Part shown: in pieces, positions 1-15,268 of the stretch
Layout of the letters: the number at the start of each line of letters is the position of its first letter
Numbering within the stretch: the first letter of the stretch is position 1
Origin: Psilocybe cubensis
Lineage: Eukaryota
Direction: 5' to 3'
DNA: 64,000 bases
NCBI GenBank assembly: GCA_017499595.2
Contig: CM038998.1
Coordinates: 3,968,001 to 4,032,000 of the forward strand
The notes under the pieces: generated by a model
What the model was told of the DNA's origin: nothing
The model's database searches: none
What the model saw: only the letters and a program-made list of their open reading frames with translations
Translations under genes and position numbers: made by a program

Positions 1-10
1 TTTTCCAAGT

Positions 11-2167
11 TCAGGAATCGTACCTACTTTTCCCTTCAAACATTGCATTTAAGCACCTCATATCCTCCTTCATGGCGATATCATCTGGGTATCGGTATTC
101 GGCACTGTCGAAGTCGGTGATGAAGGCATTACCATTCGAGTCAATCGTTAGATTGTCGGCTCTGATATCGTTATGAAAGACCTTGGCCAATCGGAGGCTT
201 TCTACTATACGCCTAAAAACTTCTCTGAAAAATAGTCGATCAGACGGTGCATGGACTCAGCATATACATTGCATACCTCTCTTTCGGAGTGGTAGTCACC
301 TTGTCAGCGTAAGACCCTGTTCGCCCCATCTCTCGTTTTTGAAGGGAATTACCTCCATCTGCCATCAGCAAGCCCATTGTTTTCGATTCCGCGTCATAGA
401 AAAGACCATGGACATCGAGAATCCCTTCAATTCCGTCGACTCGAGACATATGACAATAAATATCAAATTCATTCCTCAGTTTTTCTTGATTTTTTTCTGT
501 GAATGCGAGCTTGAAAACCAGTCTCTCCCTTAGCACCTCTCCAGACTCTAATTTAACTTCGGCCAGAGCAGAGTGGGCGGTTCCAATCGCACCATTGCCA
601 AGTGGGGCAAGCAATGTGAGAGTGAAGTATTCCTTGGATTCGAACTTGTTCTGTTCAAATGCATCCTTTGTCCAATCTGTTTCCTCCCTTGAAGATATCC
701 GCTTGCATGATTCTCCGATTCGAATAAACGAAGAAGGCACAGAGGAAGACAGTGCGTCATAGTCCAAGCTAACAAGAGCAAGCTTACGATCAACCAAGTG
801 TTTCCCAATCTAAGTACAGGAAATTAGCACGGAACCAAGCATTCAGTAGGGCTGCTCACATTACTAGGTATATAAGTTGGAACCATTGCGTCCCCTGCTC
901 GACGGCGCTTTTTGGATCGGAGAATATCTTGATATTCGAGACTATCTGAACCACGCTTCTTTCCTTTTGATCCCAATTTCTGTTGGACAATGTCCTGAGA
1001 TCTTGTTCTTTCCAGAGCATCTTGATATATCGCAATGTGAAGCCCGACATGAATCTTCTGGTAATGTGGATCTTTGATGTTGACCGTATCAATGACTTCA
1101 GAAAGATAGAGCGTCTGCGATGCTCTATGTCGGATCCCAATACGCTCATATCGCCCACATTGGAAAGTCATGAATGTCGTATCGTGAATGGCCGCTTGCG
1201 CCCAAGCCTTTCAGAAGTGGTCAATAACTGTCGTATCCATTCTGCGTGCATCGCAAATACTTACATGCTCCAAGTAATGCCGTAGACTAGGGCGATATCT
1301 ATTTCTCTCTGTAGCGAAAGGTGGAGATATGGTCTTTTTTACTCGAGCGATACTCTTTCTATTTGATGTACTTCTTCTGACTGAAAGGCCTTTCCCAGTG
1401 GTTCCGAGAGCACCGTTGAGCTTTTCAGCCAGCATTTGCGAATCTGGAGGTGGAATGGTCTGGGTTATGAAGCGATATCCAGCAGTACGGGACTCGCGGC
1501 CCCATGAACGGATATCTGGTGCTATATTTTGCAACATTGTCGTAAACGTATCAACCATGGGGAAGTGATACCACATTGCCAACCTAGGAAACCTTTTCAG
1601 AAGCGCTAGGAGTTCATATTCGGTCGATTGTGATAAACCTTCCTTGAGCTCATCATCTAGATGGATCCCTCCAGAGTGGTCCTCGTACAATGTCAAATAC
1701 GCTTTCGAAATGTAAAATGACTTTGGTTCGTTGACAATGTGTGAGGTATACGAAAAGGGTGAATTCCCAGTTTCTGAATCAGGATTAACGCAGAGTTTGA
1801 AGAGATATGCTCGAGATATGGCCCCAATGTGGATATTATAGAACACGTTAACAGAGCGGGCATCGCTGAATCTAGCCTGTGCCATATCTAAACAGCGTTC
1901 AAATACTTGTGAAGATATTGCATGGCCGTTCGCCAAGAATTCCTGAACGGTAGAGTCGCAAATTTTGGATAAGAGGTGCGGGATGGATGGAAGAAGTACA
2001 ACGCGCTGCAAGCTGTGATTGGATCCAATATGGAGGTCGTAAAACTTGAAAGGAGGCTCTATTGGACTATCTGGCCGTACGTCTTTTTGGTATAGGCCAG
2101 GAGGGTAATTAACTTTGAAAGACTTGTCCAGAAGCTGCCGTAGTAATTCTTCTTCCGCAAGTGGCAT
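11..2167 (-). CDS. Multi-exon protein with a C-terminal protein-kinase-like domain (atypical fungal kinase family, distinct from the FunK1 array)
   Basis: Joined from ORFs 1211-2245, 824-1171 and 240-797 plus a last exon read manually (VFHNDIRADNLTIDSNGNAFITDFDSAEY...DS*, TGA at 11-13). It shows a Gly-loop LGNGAIG, LVFK lysine, alphaC-like KLRNEF, HxDxxxxN catalytic loop and DFD metal-binding motif. ATG at 2167; GTAAGT donor at 1264. Confidence 0.75.
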
Positions 2168-3847
2168 AATTGTGCCCCCAACAATGCTGAGAACGAAGAG
2201 GGGTTTGAGGGTGTTGGCCTGAAGGAAGAAGAGTGAGGGGGACAAGGCGCAATATATTTTCAGACACCTGACCTTGTTTGCTATTAGTACAAGTAATCAA
2301 CCAACATTCATTCGTTTTGATGGTCGATTCTTGACAGTCACACATGTTTTCCAATTCCAAGGTTCCAAGTCAGAGGGTTCAGGGATTTTGTGAGAGAAGA
2401 GATGGTAGCAGCAAGTTGTATTGTAGGATGAAGACAAGTGGGAGTGATTAATGAGGGCAGAAAAGGAGTTGAAAGAGAAAACTGCGAGTCAGATCTGAAT
2501 AGAGAGACGCGTCACACGTGATCTTGTTGGGTCCTGGGCGTGTGTTTTTGTTCTGAAAAGCGAACGGAGATTCAGAGTTCGCAGTCCTCCGTACTCATCC
2601 TTAATAATTGAATATGCTCGACTGCATAAAACCCTATAAAACCTCACTGCGTACAATGACTGCTACCGATATTGGAAATCCGAAGAGACATAAGTCCAAT
2701 GCGACGTTGGATACCACCATGGACATGTATTTATTCGTCAAGCAGAATTGGGTACGTTAAGTATGTAATATGGCAAATTTGGCCCTGACTCTTCTGGTTT
2801 AATAGGGATGCATGCCTTAATCTTCAGAAAAGAATACAACAAGTCCAAGATAATATACCAGTCACAATGAACAATCAAATTTTAGAATCCATCGAAATCT
2901 TGGAGCTTATGTAGCGGGATGATATAGCCAATGTGATGTAGATTGAAAAATTTGCGAACAAAAATATTTCGCGGTGAAGATATCCAATTAATCTTTGTAG
3001 ATCGTCCGGAACTCCGGCTCCAGGAAAGTCGCAACAGGTAGAGGTTCAAGTGCCCAACGTTGAGCTTCTTGGCTAGAGTAAAGATTTAGTATGATGTTCT
3101 CCTTGCAATGACTTGCTTACTTGGATAGACAAACGAAGGGTCACTCCCGCGTTCCTTGCATTGGCATCCCATATCTGTCCCCACCAGTGCGAGCCGCCCT
3201 ACGATTAAGCCTGTCCGATGCTCCCAAAGTCTTCGGATATTTCACTCTCAACTTCTCTAGGGAAACCTGCTCCCATCCTCGTTGTATACGAGCTCCAGTG
3301 CAATCATTTTTATTGTAATTGAAGGGTGACGAAACGTGTATCGAGATTATGGAAAACAAAGATGAACGGATATTTGTGACTATTGCCATTATCGAGCTCA
3401 TATGCTCGCATGCCACATATGAGAGATGCAAAGAAATTACTGAAAGGTTGGTTTGTGGAACAGGCAGAGGGTTTAAATTTGCCTGGATTTCGCAAAACAT
3501 TAGCTGTAATATGTGCTATAACCCCTGAATGTGAACATACCTAATGTCGAGGTGCCATTTACCTTTTTTGCGTACTCCGCTAATTAAGCCATATATAATG
3601 CAATCATGCATTCCGTGGGTAGGTGATTTGACAACACTCTACCTTATTGTCGCGTCAAGAATTAGGTTCTACCTTGTTTGCCGCATCTGATCAATAGCCT
3701 ATCACATTGAAAAACCTTCCTCGGATAGCCGAAAGAGCATGGTGATATACAAGGATGGGCCTTTAGTCGTGTTAATAAATGAAGTACATACACCGTGATT
3801 TACAAGATCCAACCAGCCAAAAAGTCAAGGTTGATTGATAAATATCA

Positions 3848-5465
<1,618 letters not shown>

Positions 5466-8400
5466 CTAAATTTTACAGGTGGCACAACAGCGTTTATCGG
5501 TAAAGTGACGAGATTGTCATTAAAGCGCCGGCTAGGTGAAAGCTTTGTTTGTGATAGAAGATAAACCAAACAAATGAACAGCCACATCGTCGGAGCTGTA
5601 CGTTTGAACCTTGTTTGAACCTTCGACATCATTAACATTGCTTTCTCTCGAATACGAGAGGGAACCAATGCCAATGCAGTACATCTCCGCATTGCCTCTG
5701 AAATGACATAACTCACAACTATGCTATGATGTTACTCGAAACTAATGAAATTTCTTCATTGGGTCAAATCACGAGGCTCTAACTCACAGTATGTTACAGT
5801 TCTTGTATTTGCCTGGTATTAGTAGTTCAATGCTCCGTCACTATGAAACTCATGTATTCAATTTATTTGCTTATCGTGGCCACAGTGATTTCCATTATTT
5901 GTGTGCTTGCCACTCAACTTGTTTCATGATTTCGATAACGTTGTTCATGCCAGGCGAATGCATCGTCGGTCTCACGAGCAGCGGGGAGATTTGGCTAGAC
6001 TCTCATATAGAATAGCAACTTCAGCAGCCGGCGCGACAGGCATAGTGCCGACTTTGGCTTGCGCTTTCTTCTGACAATGTTTGCCATGACTTGCATGTTC
6101 ACGTCTTCGATTCCTATGAGAGCTGGGTACCCACCACCTGAACTCCCAAGGCGAGTTCCCAGTGGTTAACGTCGACATCGCTTTCAACGAGGATGTAAAA
6201 GATCTGTCTCACAGATAGATCATTTTCTTCTGAATCAAGTAAAATGCCTTTGAGATCAACTTGATATTCTTAAGCATAATTACTGTGCCTCTTTTGGACA
6301 CGATCGATCAGCTAAATATCAGTCTTCACAATCAAGTGTTCTTCATTGTACATATGCCTCTGCTTATAGTCAACTCGGTGCCCAAGGTTGAAAATACTAC
6401 CAGTCTACTGTGGCATCGTAGCCTGTGCGCGCAGTGAGTCCTGACCAAGGACTATGTCCCAATTGCCACTTCTGGTAATCAGAAAACTAAATTTAGCCTG
6501 GACACGCCCTGTAAGCAATGTAAATCAAGGCAATCTCGAATGTGAAAAGAGAACCCCTTCTTTTGGAGTCTACAGGGTTGAGGATTGGCAGCGTCAATGC
6601 AATGGTTACAATATGTTCGCGTTTTTCTAAAAGATAGGCGCACCATATTGGTGGTACCAACAGGCCAATACCATTGCTGCGCACGGATATCGATTCCTTT
6701 GTAGATTGATATCAGTGATACCGGATAAATTGCTCAGTCTACAAAGTAGTCAATTCAATACTAAAATAAATCATTTAATAGATTGTGGATAATGCCCAAA
6801 GGGGCTTCTCTACGTTGCTAAAATATACCATGGACTGACTTGGACGGACCATTCGTATTTTTGTCGACCAACTTCCAAACTCCGCGAGTAATGCCTCGGA
6901 ACTTGTTTTGTAAAGGTGATAACAAAGGGTCTGATACACTTCAAGAATTCCAAGATTAAGTTTGCGTGAGAAAGAAGGCAAACCAAGTACTGCCTTCCCC
7001 ACCCCCGAGCCATTGGCGGTGTTTCCGTGAGCCTCGTTGTTTGACAGAAATAAATTATACTCCGGGATACTTTGTCTTCATCTACATTACAGAGCCGACG
7101 TAGACATAGCGGGATCCTATTTAATCTACAGCTTGATTACTTTGGGGCAGTCAGAGACTTGTTCAACTCTACGGCTCATACATGTGATGCCCTCGCAAAG
7201 ATTCGCGCAGCAATGCTTTGACAAACGCACAAGACTATATTACCCAGTGATTCGTATAAGAATATAGTCCAGGGATGAGTCAGACTGTACAAACCGATCA
7301 AATTTTTGTATACCAGTGTGGGAGACGAAGAAGCAGTTCAGACTTCAATGCGCTATACTTATCATTAATCCGCACGCTTCTAAGAAGCTGTAGCATCTGC
7401 TAGGATACCCGGAAACGCACGTTATTTAAACTGTTCTTTGAAATTTCACGAAAATCCTTGTCGTCATATGGTGATGAATGCTTGAAATTAAGCGCCCGTA
7501 TTAAGCTGTATCTCCCATCAATCACCTCAGGCAATCAGATTTTCGACGATATCATCGTGTAGTTCTCTCCCATGAGTATCACGTTATGCTTCGTGGGATG
7601 CACCAGGGTAGATGATGATGCAAATATATTTTACCACCCATGTCCACAGTAGCTATTGTAAGGTCAAAGTATGGTAAACTCGGCTCCTTCTGGCCAAAAT
7701 TAAGGCTGCCCAGCTTTCATACAGGAAAGGCTGATAGATACATAGATACACTTTGCCAAATTCGTCCCTCTCAGTTAGTGTTATGTGTCGGAGATATGCT
7801 GAACATAACTTGCCATTTAAACGCAGATTGTGCCCCACTGACGACATCTAGGCAATATGTTGAAATTATGAGTTAATTTTAGTCTAGCCAGCTTCTCGGA
7901 ACACCAGTACTTCTTTCTAAATGGAAAATTGTCAAGTATCAAGAACTGCGTGCATTTTCGCATTGGACCACACGAAGTAGTGTTTTCCAAGTCTCAATGC
8001 GCGTATTGGGACGTTTTTCCAGTGCTTCTTTCGGACGATATCGATCCGGCAAGCAGTACTATTCGTCAGATACGTCTTCTAGTTTGGTATTTGTGTATGC
8101 GATACTATACAATAGCTGTACACATGATCCAACCGATGGAGCAAGAAAATTTGCAGAATGTATACATTACCTTTTGCAGGGTCTCCCTGTTCTATCAACC
8201 AAATTATCTATCGGGATTTTCATTCTAATCACAATGCCGGAGAATAGGCGTAACCCGAACGCTTCTTTCAAACATGGGACCATGGACAGCTTGTTTTGAA
8301 CTGAGATATGTGATACTGAAGGTCGCTTGAGTCTAAGGTGTCTATTTCCAGGGAAATATATGGGCACATCATTTGACCTTAACAGCATATGCAATACTTA

Positions 8401-8794
8401 GAATCAGGGTACAAAAACAAGCTTCAGATTTCCAAGAGTTTGAAATTGATCGGGCATTCGCTTGGAAAAGTTGTCTTCTTATCTAATCTTGATGATCATG
8501 GATCGCTTGCCTTCGCTTGCCTAAATTTCCGTTGATATGATGAACGACGATGGACGACTCAGCACAGGGAGCCCCGCAATGGTGAACTATCAAGAGGAAG
8601 AAAAGAAAATTGATACATAGCGAAAACATTGCACACGAAAACAATATCATACACAGTGAGGAGGTTGGTATAGCACAGATGAGGGAGAACAGAAACTTGA
8701 AAGAGAAACTAAAACAGAAAACCTAAGCCCAAGCCCAACTAAAATGTGATATCTATGTGAGATGACGAAAAACGGAACCAAAGAAAAAGTGAAA

Positions 8795-9413
8795 TTAGTT
8801 GATTCTCATCAACTCAACCTCAAATTTGAGCGTTGAATTTGGAGGAATGGTGGGAGGGAACCCACGTGGCCCGTATGCCTGATTTAAATGGTCAAGTCAA
8901 TCAAATTTTCATAAAAGAAAACATAGGCCACGAACGAAGTCCGGGGTTGCTGTGAGGACAGCTATCTGTCCTAAGGACAGTTGCATGACACCTGATTATG
9001 CTTAAAGTGTAAGCTATAAATCAAGTGGACATAGATGCTGTACGGCGTACCTACATCCCAGCCCTTAATAACCTTTCCTGTGCCAATTTCTATCTCGAAT
9101 GGCTTGCCACTACATCGAGGAGTCAATAGTGTATCTGCGAGGGCGAATGTAGAAAGGAGAATAGCTGCTTACCGATCCCGGCTTGAGTCAAATTTTTTTC
9201 CATCAGTGAGAGTTCCAACGTAGTGAATGGTCACTTTGTCTGCGGTCAAAAATTCAGATTTTTCGTTCGCAAACATTAAGCGCGCATTCACTTACCTCCT
9301 CTTTTAGGATAGTTAACACCGTCTCCAGGAACAATAGTTTCAACAGTAACGCCCTAAAAAATCACTGAACTGTTAGAGAAATACGCATAGATTGTAGGTG
9401 AACGACATACCAT
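8795..9413 (-). CDS. FPR1: FKBP12-type peptidyl-prolyl cis-trans isomerase, six short exons (absent from the ORF track)
   Basis: Manual splice: [108 protein letters not shown]. All introns are GT..AG; the ATG alone forms the first coding exon. Confidence 0.95.
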
Positions 9414-12400
9414 TATGTTAAAGAATGTAGAGATTAAACGAAGAGAATGTTGCAGGATAGCTATGTAGCCAGAGACATTTATAGGAAGCGGAAAACAGGC
9501 GGGCCGCGGATCTTGATCCGATGAATCTGGGATCATCCAACCTCGATCTACTTCGAACAAGATGAATCGCAACATTCGAAATCTTTGCGGCCTCGTTATC
9601 GATGCCAGACGACGAAGTGAGGACTGCAGAATGAGAGTGCATTTACGGCACACTTCGGCAATATTAAGGGCCTCCATGTAAATCGCAGTGGCATACTGTT
9701 TCTGATCGATTCATAAAAGTTCGAGGTGCACGCCGGGGTGGTCTTTCGAAGAAGGAGAAAGGGCAACCATATATGTGCTGTGCTAATTTAGCGAATTCAG
9801 CATAACGCCAACTCATTGACGTACAAAGAAAGAATCAGCAAAGAAAGTCCGGATTAGCGAATGGACATAAGCGGCCGGTCTGAGTCTGGAGAGTTCAAAA
9901 AGCCTAAACGATAAAAAAAAGGACAGAAAAGCAAAATTAAAACCATACTAAAAACGAAAGAGTAAAAATCCCCAGTATGAACAGCTGATGACTCAAAAGA
10001 ACCGCTCGGTTATTTACCGAACAAGTTTTTCCGCCCTCATGTTCAAGAAATTGTAACAGTGCCCGAGAAATAGACGTAGCCCTCTGGTGTAAACAGGATC
10101 TCTCCAGCTTCTCTGCCTAACGATCGCTGAGTGCAAATAAATAAACAACATGGTACTGCACGTACGTTTCTTCCTTCCTTCCTTTTGACAAATCGTGGAT
10201 ACCGTGAGCCCGCGGAAGACCTAGAGTGAATGATGCAAGAATAAAATGCATAACATTGCACGATAGGAAGGAGTAACTTATCAAAGACCAAAGATGTTGC
10301 CCCGAGGTAAGTTTCATAGCCCATCTATAGACGTCCTTTGTCTGCAATGGGGCAGAATTCATGGACCGGAGAGCGACGCGGACGAATTCGAATCAGACGA
10401 GGCAATTAACCAGAATTTTGGCTCCCAGAAGCATTGGATGAAGCGAGGGTCCCTAGAGCATGGCCGATCAGAACTCTGAAGTTCGAACTTGACCTGACAA
10501 ATAGATATGCAAGATGTTAGAGACATCGGATGATGTACCGGTCGACGAAAGAAACGAATACAGGATAATGACGACCCTGACGATTAAGTAGAGTTAGGAA
10601 GACAATCTTGCAGGGTGCAGTGGTCTTAAAGCCAAAAGTGAGTGCTGTAATTAATATATTTAGCATTCCACGACAGCAAAAATGAATGTTATCTTGAATA
10701 CCCCTACCTCTTTCAAAGCGTAAATGTGACAAGCAAAGGCGGCAAAACTGCAGGATCAACGGAGCTCCTGTTGGGGATGAAGTATGAAGTTAGCACCCCA
10801 AATTTCACCCCTTCTGCGGCAGCAAATCCTGGACGCTCGTGGTCATACTTGGCACAGAGGTGTTATTAGACAAGAGTTTGCTGCGAATCATCACTGAAGG
10901 AACATGTTGCAGTGCTACTATTGCACGCGGGGGTAATCGACACATACACGTATTTCGCAAACACATGCCGAGGAACAAAAACACATTTGGGGGAAGATTA
11001 TAGATCTTTCTATTTAAAACGATCGAGGAAGAAGTAAGTCGTTTGTGGTCAAAAGGTCAAAAAGAAGGCAATCGGAGGAATCAAGATGTGGAGGAATTCT
11101 GTTGATAAGATCGAAGACGTACAAGACATGAAGAGGGCCAGGAACGTTCAACACCGTGATGTAGAAATAAAACAGCGATCGGGCAAGATAAATGCCAATC
11201 TCGAATTTTATCGTCTATCTTGCACATTGAGCATATTATCGAAGAGATGAACAAGGTGGCATGTATTCGAAGGTATTGCAAGAAAAGATTCTGTGACGAA
11301 ATCGGAGCCGCAGCCTGCATGCAACAAGGGGGATTACCGGATTGTACCGATTACTGTCCATAGAAGCTTACATGCATGGGTCAGCAACGAAGACAGGCCT
11401 GGGTAAACGAAGGGAGACTGGCCATGTCGTAATAGATGCCGACCTTCCAAAGAGGACGGTAGATACGGATACTATCGGGAGTAAAGAAATTAATAAGAAA
11501 AAAGGGTTCGAGTTGTGGCAGGCTTCATGTACAGGAATACAGCTACAAGGTATATCCAACCTCTAAAAGGGTCCGTGGGGGTGGTAGAAGCGCTTCATCG
11601 GATCACAGGCCATAGACTGCCTCGCACTGATACATTAACCGAAACAGCACAGAGCTGAGCAGCAAAGAGAGCTACAAGGACCCATGAGGACTAGCATATG
11701 TGTGGGCACAGAGTTAACTCATTAGGCAAACTGAAAGAGGAGTACGCGGGAAAGTGGCAGAACATGTGCACTGGATCCGTAGAGAAGCGAACACCCAATG
11801 CTTGCTTGATGTGAGGTTTGGCAATCTCCACAACATTCTGGGGCAGCAGGAGCAGCACATAGATGATGTAAAAATTAAGAAAGCAAGCTCCACCACCAGA
11901 AAGATTCTGAGTAAGTGCCGCAAGCATACGTTCTCAACAGAGTCTCGGATTCAGCCAAGGTAATGGGGCACCAGGTGGGGTGCTCGTACACGAGCCATAA
12001 GCGACTATAGGATTAACTGAAGGTGTTCCCCGAGGTCCAGGCTTGTCCGCACGGAGGGTCCAATGGCTGTTCCCATGTAATGACCGCTAAAAGGTGTCAG
12101 TATCAATAATACTGGCTAGTTGCTAACTTGCCAGTACCGCAGCCTCTAAATCGTTAACAGGAGAGTGAAGAGGGGAGGGAAAGGTAGTAAGAATGATAGT
12201 GACGGATCCTTCCGCCTTTTAAGAGCTAGAAATGCCCTTTACCCCAGCAGAGCATGCGGCTACATCCCAACCCGTAATGGACTCGTACCTAGCTTTTTTT
12301 GCAATGATTCACATTTCAAAGTTCACAATCGGTCCGAGGATTTGTTACATGTTAATTCTCATCACGTGATATGAGTGCAATACCGCGTCGCGAGTCGCGA

Positions 12401-13245
12401 GGCACTACTCAGTCAGGTGAACCTTTCTAGAAGGACGTGCGCATTAGGCGCGTACGTAAATGAACCACAGGGCAATGGAGATAAATTGATCCGTGTATTG
12501 TATACAGTAATCCACAGATTCAAGAAGCATTCACAATCTTATTACATTGCCTCCCACTGGCATTGAATGGCTTTCGCAAGTCTACTACCGGGACCTCGTC
12601 ACGTCTCCAATAAAACAGAGACAGCTTTATAGATGGTCCTATAATAAATTAAATGATGTTCTCGTGTTGAAAAGATTCCAAATGCTATGTATGGGCACCT
12701 CCGCGGTTGGCAGAATATATAAGTGAGAAAATGTTGTTCTATATACTCTGTGATAAGGCTTTAATATTCTGATAGATAAGGTGACTTACCCGGCAATTTT
12801 TAATACATATTACTCCACCTATGCTGAAAAGCAAGTCACAGCAATGCCACGTTTCCTTAAATGGGCCGTTTACTAAGACGTCGTCTCTTATAGAGAGGCA
12901 CACTCCTTCCAGAATGAACTGAATTCCGGTTAACTATCGTCTTAGGGAATAGTATCCAGCTTTCCGTGGATGTGTATGCATATGAGTCCATCGCCAACGC
13001 ATGGCAACGGGCGTCAATCAACTCAGTGCTCCGGCTAATTTAAGATCTTCTCATGCGTGTTTGTAACTAACAGAGTTATGATTAACTACTAACATACATA
13101 CAACACCTACAATCTACAAAATGAGGAATCATTTAATCCAGTATGGTGGATTGGATCTTGTGAAGAGTCGTGGATATTTTACATGGATACTTCGTTGAAA
13201 ATTCGTGCTCAGTTATCCTCCAATGTCATCGGTCTTTTAAAGACT

Positions 13246-15268
13246 CTAAAGCGTGTAATAAAAGTCTTCCTGGCCTTCCAAAGGTCCGACTTTACCTTCC
13301 CTGCGAAGTCTGTTCCGACGCGTGAAAATAAAGGTTGTTACAGCTAAAAGTATTATCATGAGAATTTGTAGGCCAACGGTAGCCCACAAGCCGTTAAGAT
13401 ATCTTGTTTAAAAAGTCAATCGAAAACCCAAGAAAATCTCACTCGCATAATAGCTCACCTAGGAAAGTCTTGCTGTCGGAAGATAGTCGTGGCCATAATA
13501 CCTCCAATGCCACCAGCTGTAATGATGAAGGCAGTTTGGACAGACCGTTTGGTGTGGGTTGTTATATTGTTCGCACTCTGAGAAGTTAGATGTTGACATA
13601 AGGAAATGATGAATTGACTACCACTCAGAGAAGCACCCACATAAGCCAAAACACCGGGTACACATCCCGTCGCTCCCGCATTGACAAGGAAAAGGCCAAA
13701 GTACCGCACAGGATTGCTTGTAGCATAAGCGGTCAAGAAAAGACCAATAATACAGATAAAATTCTGTAAGACCATCCATATGGCACGTTTTTTAGTCCTG
13801 TCGGACAGCCAAGCAAAGAAGAAGCATGAAACGCCCTTGATATCAAGGAGTCAAATGAAGATCGGCGGAGAAAACGACTGAATTTAGCTGATTCTTGACT
13901 TACAGCAAAGGCACCGGGCGGAGCAGTCAGCAAGAGGGCGGCTTTCTCCGAGTAGCCCATCCCTTTGATGATGATAGTGGAGAAAAACGCAATTGCGTAT
14001 GCGGGCATTGTAGTGGCAATGAACATAAGTGCTATATAACACAGCATCAGTAACTCATGAGGTACGTTAAAAAGATCAGAGACTTACCATACATATACAC
14101 CAAGGGGTCCTTCAGATGTAGGATGACCTTTGCCCCCGTCATTTCATCCGGAACCGAGTCTCCTCTGTCTTCCTCTACACGAGCCAAAATCATCTAGAAT
14201 GACGGTTCAATATATTAACCCAAAAAGAAGCAGAATCATAATTGCCAGTAACGCACCGCACGTTGTTTTTCATTGATAAAGCGGCTCTTATCAGGGAAGT
14301 CAGGTATGTAGAGCCATGTAAGGATGCCCAGCACGATTGTGAAGATTCCTTCTAAAAGAAAAATCCACTGCCATCCATTGAGATCCGCTTTCCCCTTTAG
14401 CTTGGTAATTCCGTAAGCTGATATATTAGCCCCAGATCAGCCCAACATCGTGCAGAAAAATGACTCGCAAACTTACCGATGATTGAACTGAAGCTGTTGA
14501 CCACGATGGAACTTAGGTAAAAGATTGCGAGTCTCTTTTGAACCTCGTAGCGTGTATACCACGTCGTAATAATAAACGCTACAGAAGGGAATAATCCCGC
14601 CTTAAGAAAGAAAGGTCAGAAACAGCCACGAGTATAGGTATACAGAAAGTGTACCTCGAAAGCACCAAGGAAAACGCGGGCGATAGAGAGCTCGCCCCAG
14701 TTTGTCACAAAGGCCATGCCCAATTGTGCAGCACCCCACCCAACAACGCATATGGTCAGCCATGCACGAGCACCTATCATTCTGAGAATAATGTTTCCAG
14801 GAATTTGACTACATTCGAGGAGTCAGTAAACATTCGAAAGAGGCTCTATGAATTACGTACAACAAGGTATATGGAAAAAAATAGACCATGGAGGCGATAC
14901 TATAACGCTCGCCTATGTCGAGTCTCTGTAAGCATTTTTAGTCAATCGGAACGCTGACTGATACAACGGTCATACCAGGTCTTCCTGCATTCCTGCGGTG
15001 CGAGCAACCCCAAGGTTGGTTCGATCAACGAGGGCGACAGAGTATACCAAACCGAGCAACGGTAACATCCTCCAATCGATTAAGCGACTGTAAACGATTT
15101 GAAAACAAGAAACGCGCTAGCAAATAGAAAGGCTAACATCGTTTTCTTGATAAAAGCGGCCCCATATTCCTCCTGGACGGTTTTGGGTTCGAATTTCTCA
15201 GAATCGCCTCTGAAGTCCCGTTCATCCTTGAGATCATCGATGCTTTGCTTTGAACCAGTGGAGGACAT
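13246..15268 (-). CDS. MFS transporter, anion:cation symporter (allantoate/nicotinate permease-like) family, multi-exon
   Basis: DWRMLPLLGLVYSVALVDRTNLG, RVFLGAFE, WYTRYEVQKRLAIF, GWQWIFLLEG, ANNITTHTKRS and IFRQQDFPR motifs across many TM exons. Ends FYYTL* (TAG at 13246-13248). Confidence 0.88.

Noticed and set aside
2985-3500. Possible small spliced minus-strand gene (intron-like GTAAGC...ACTAA...TAG at about 3073-3120)
   Set aside because: An in-frame TGA precedes the donor in the best frame and no product is recognisable.
5700-8500. Short ORFs between VPS4 and FKBP12
   Set aside because: No motifs or consistent exon chain; could be decayed genes, but this cannot be supported.
9700-13100. 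Short ORFs between FKBP12 and the permease
   Set aside because: No recognisable protein, transposase or reverse-transcriptase motifs by eye.
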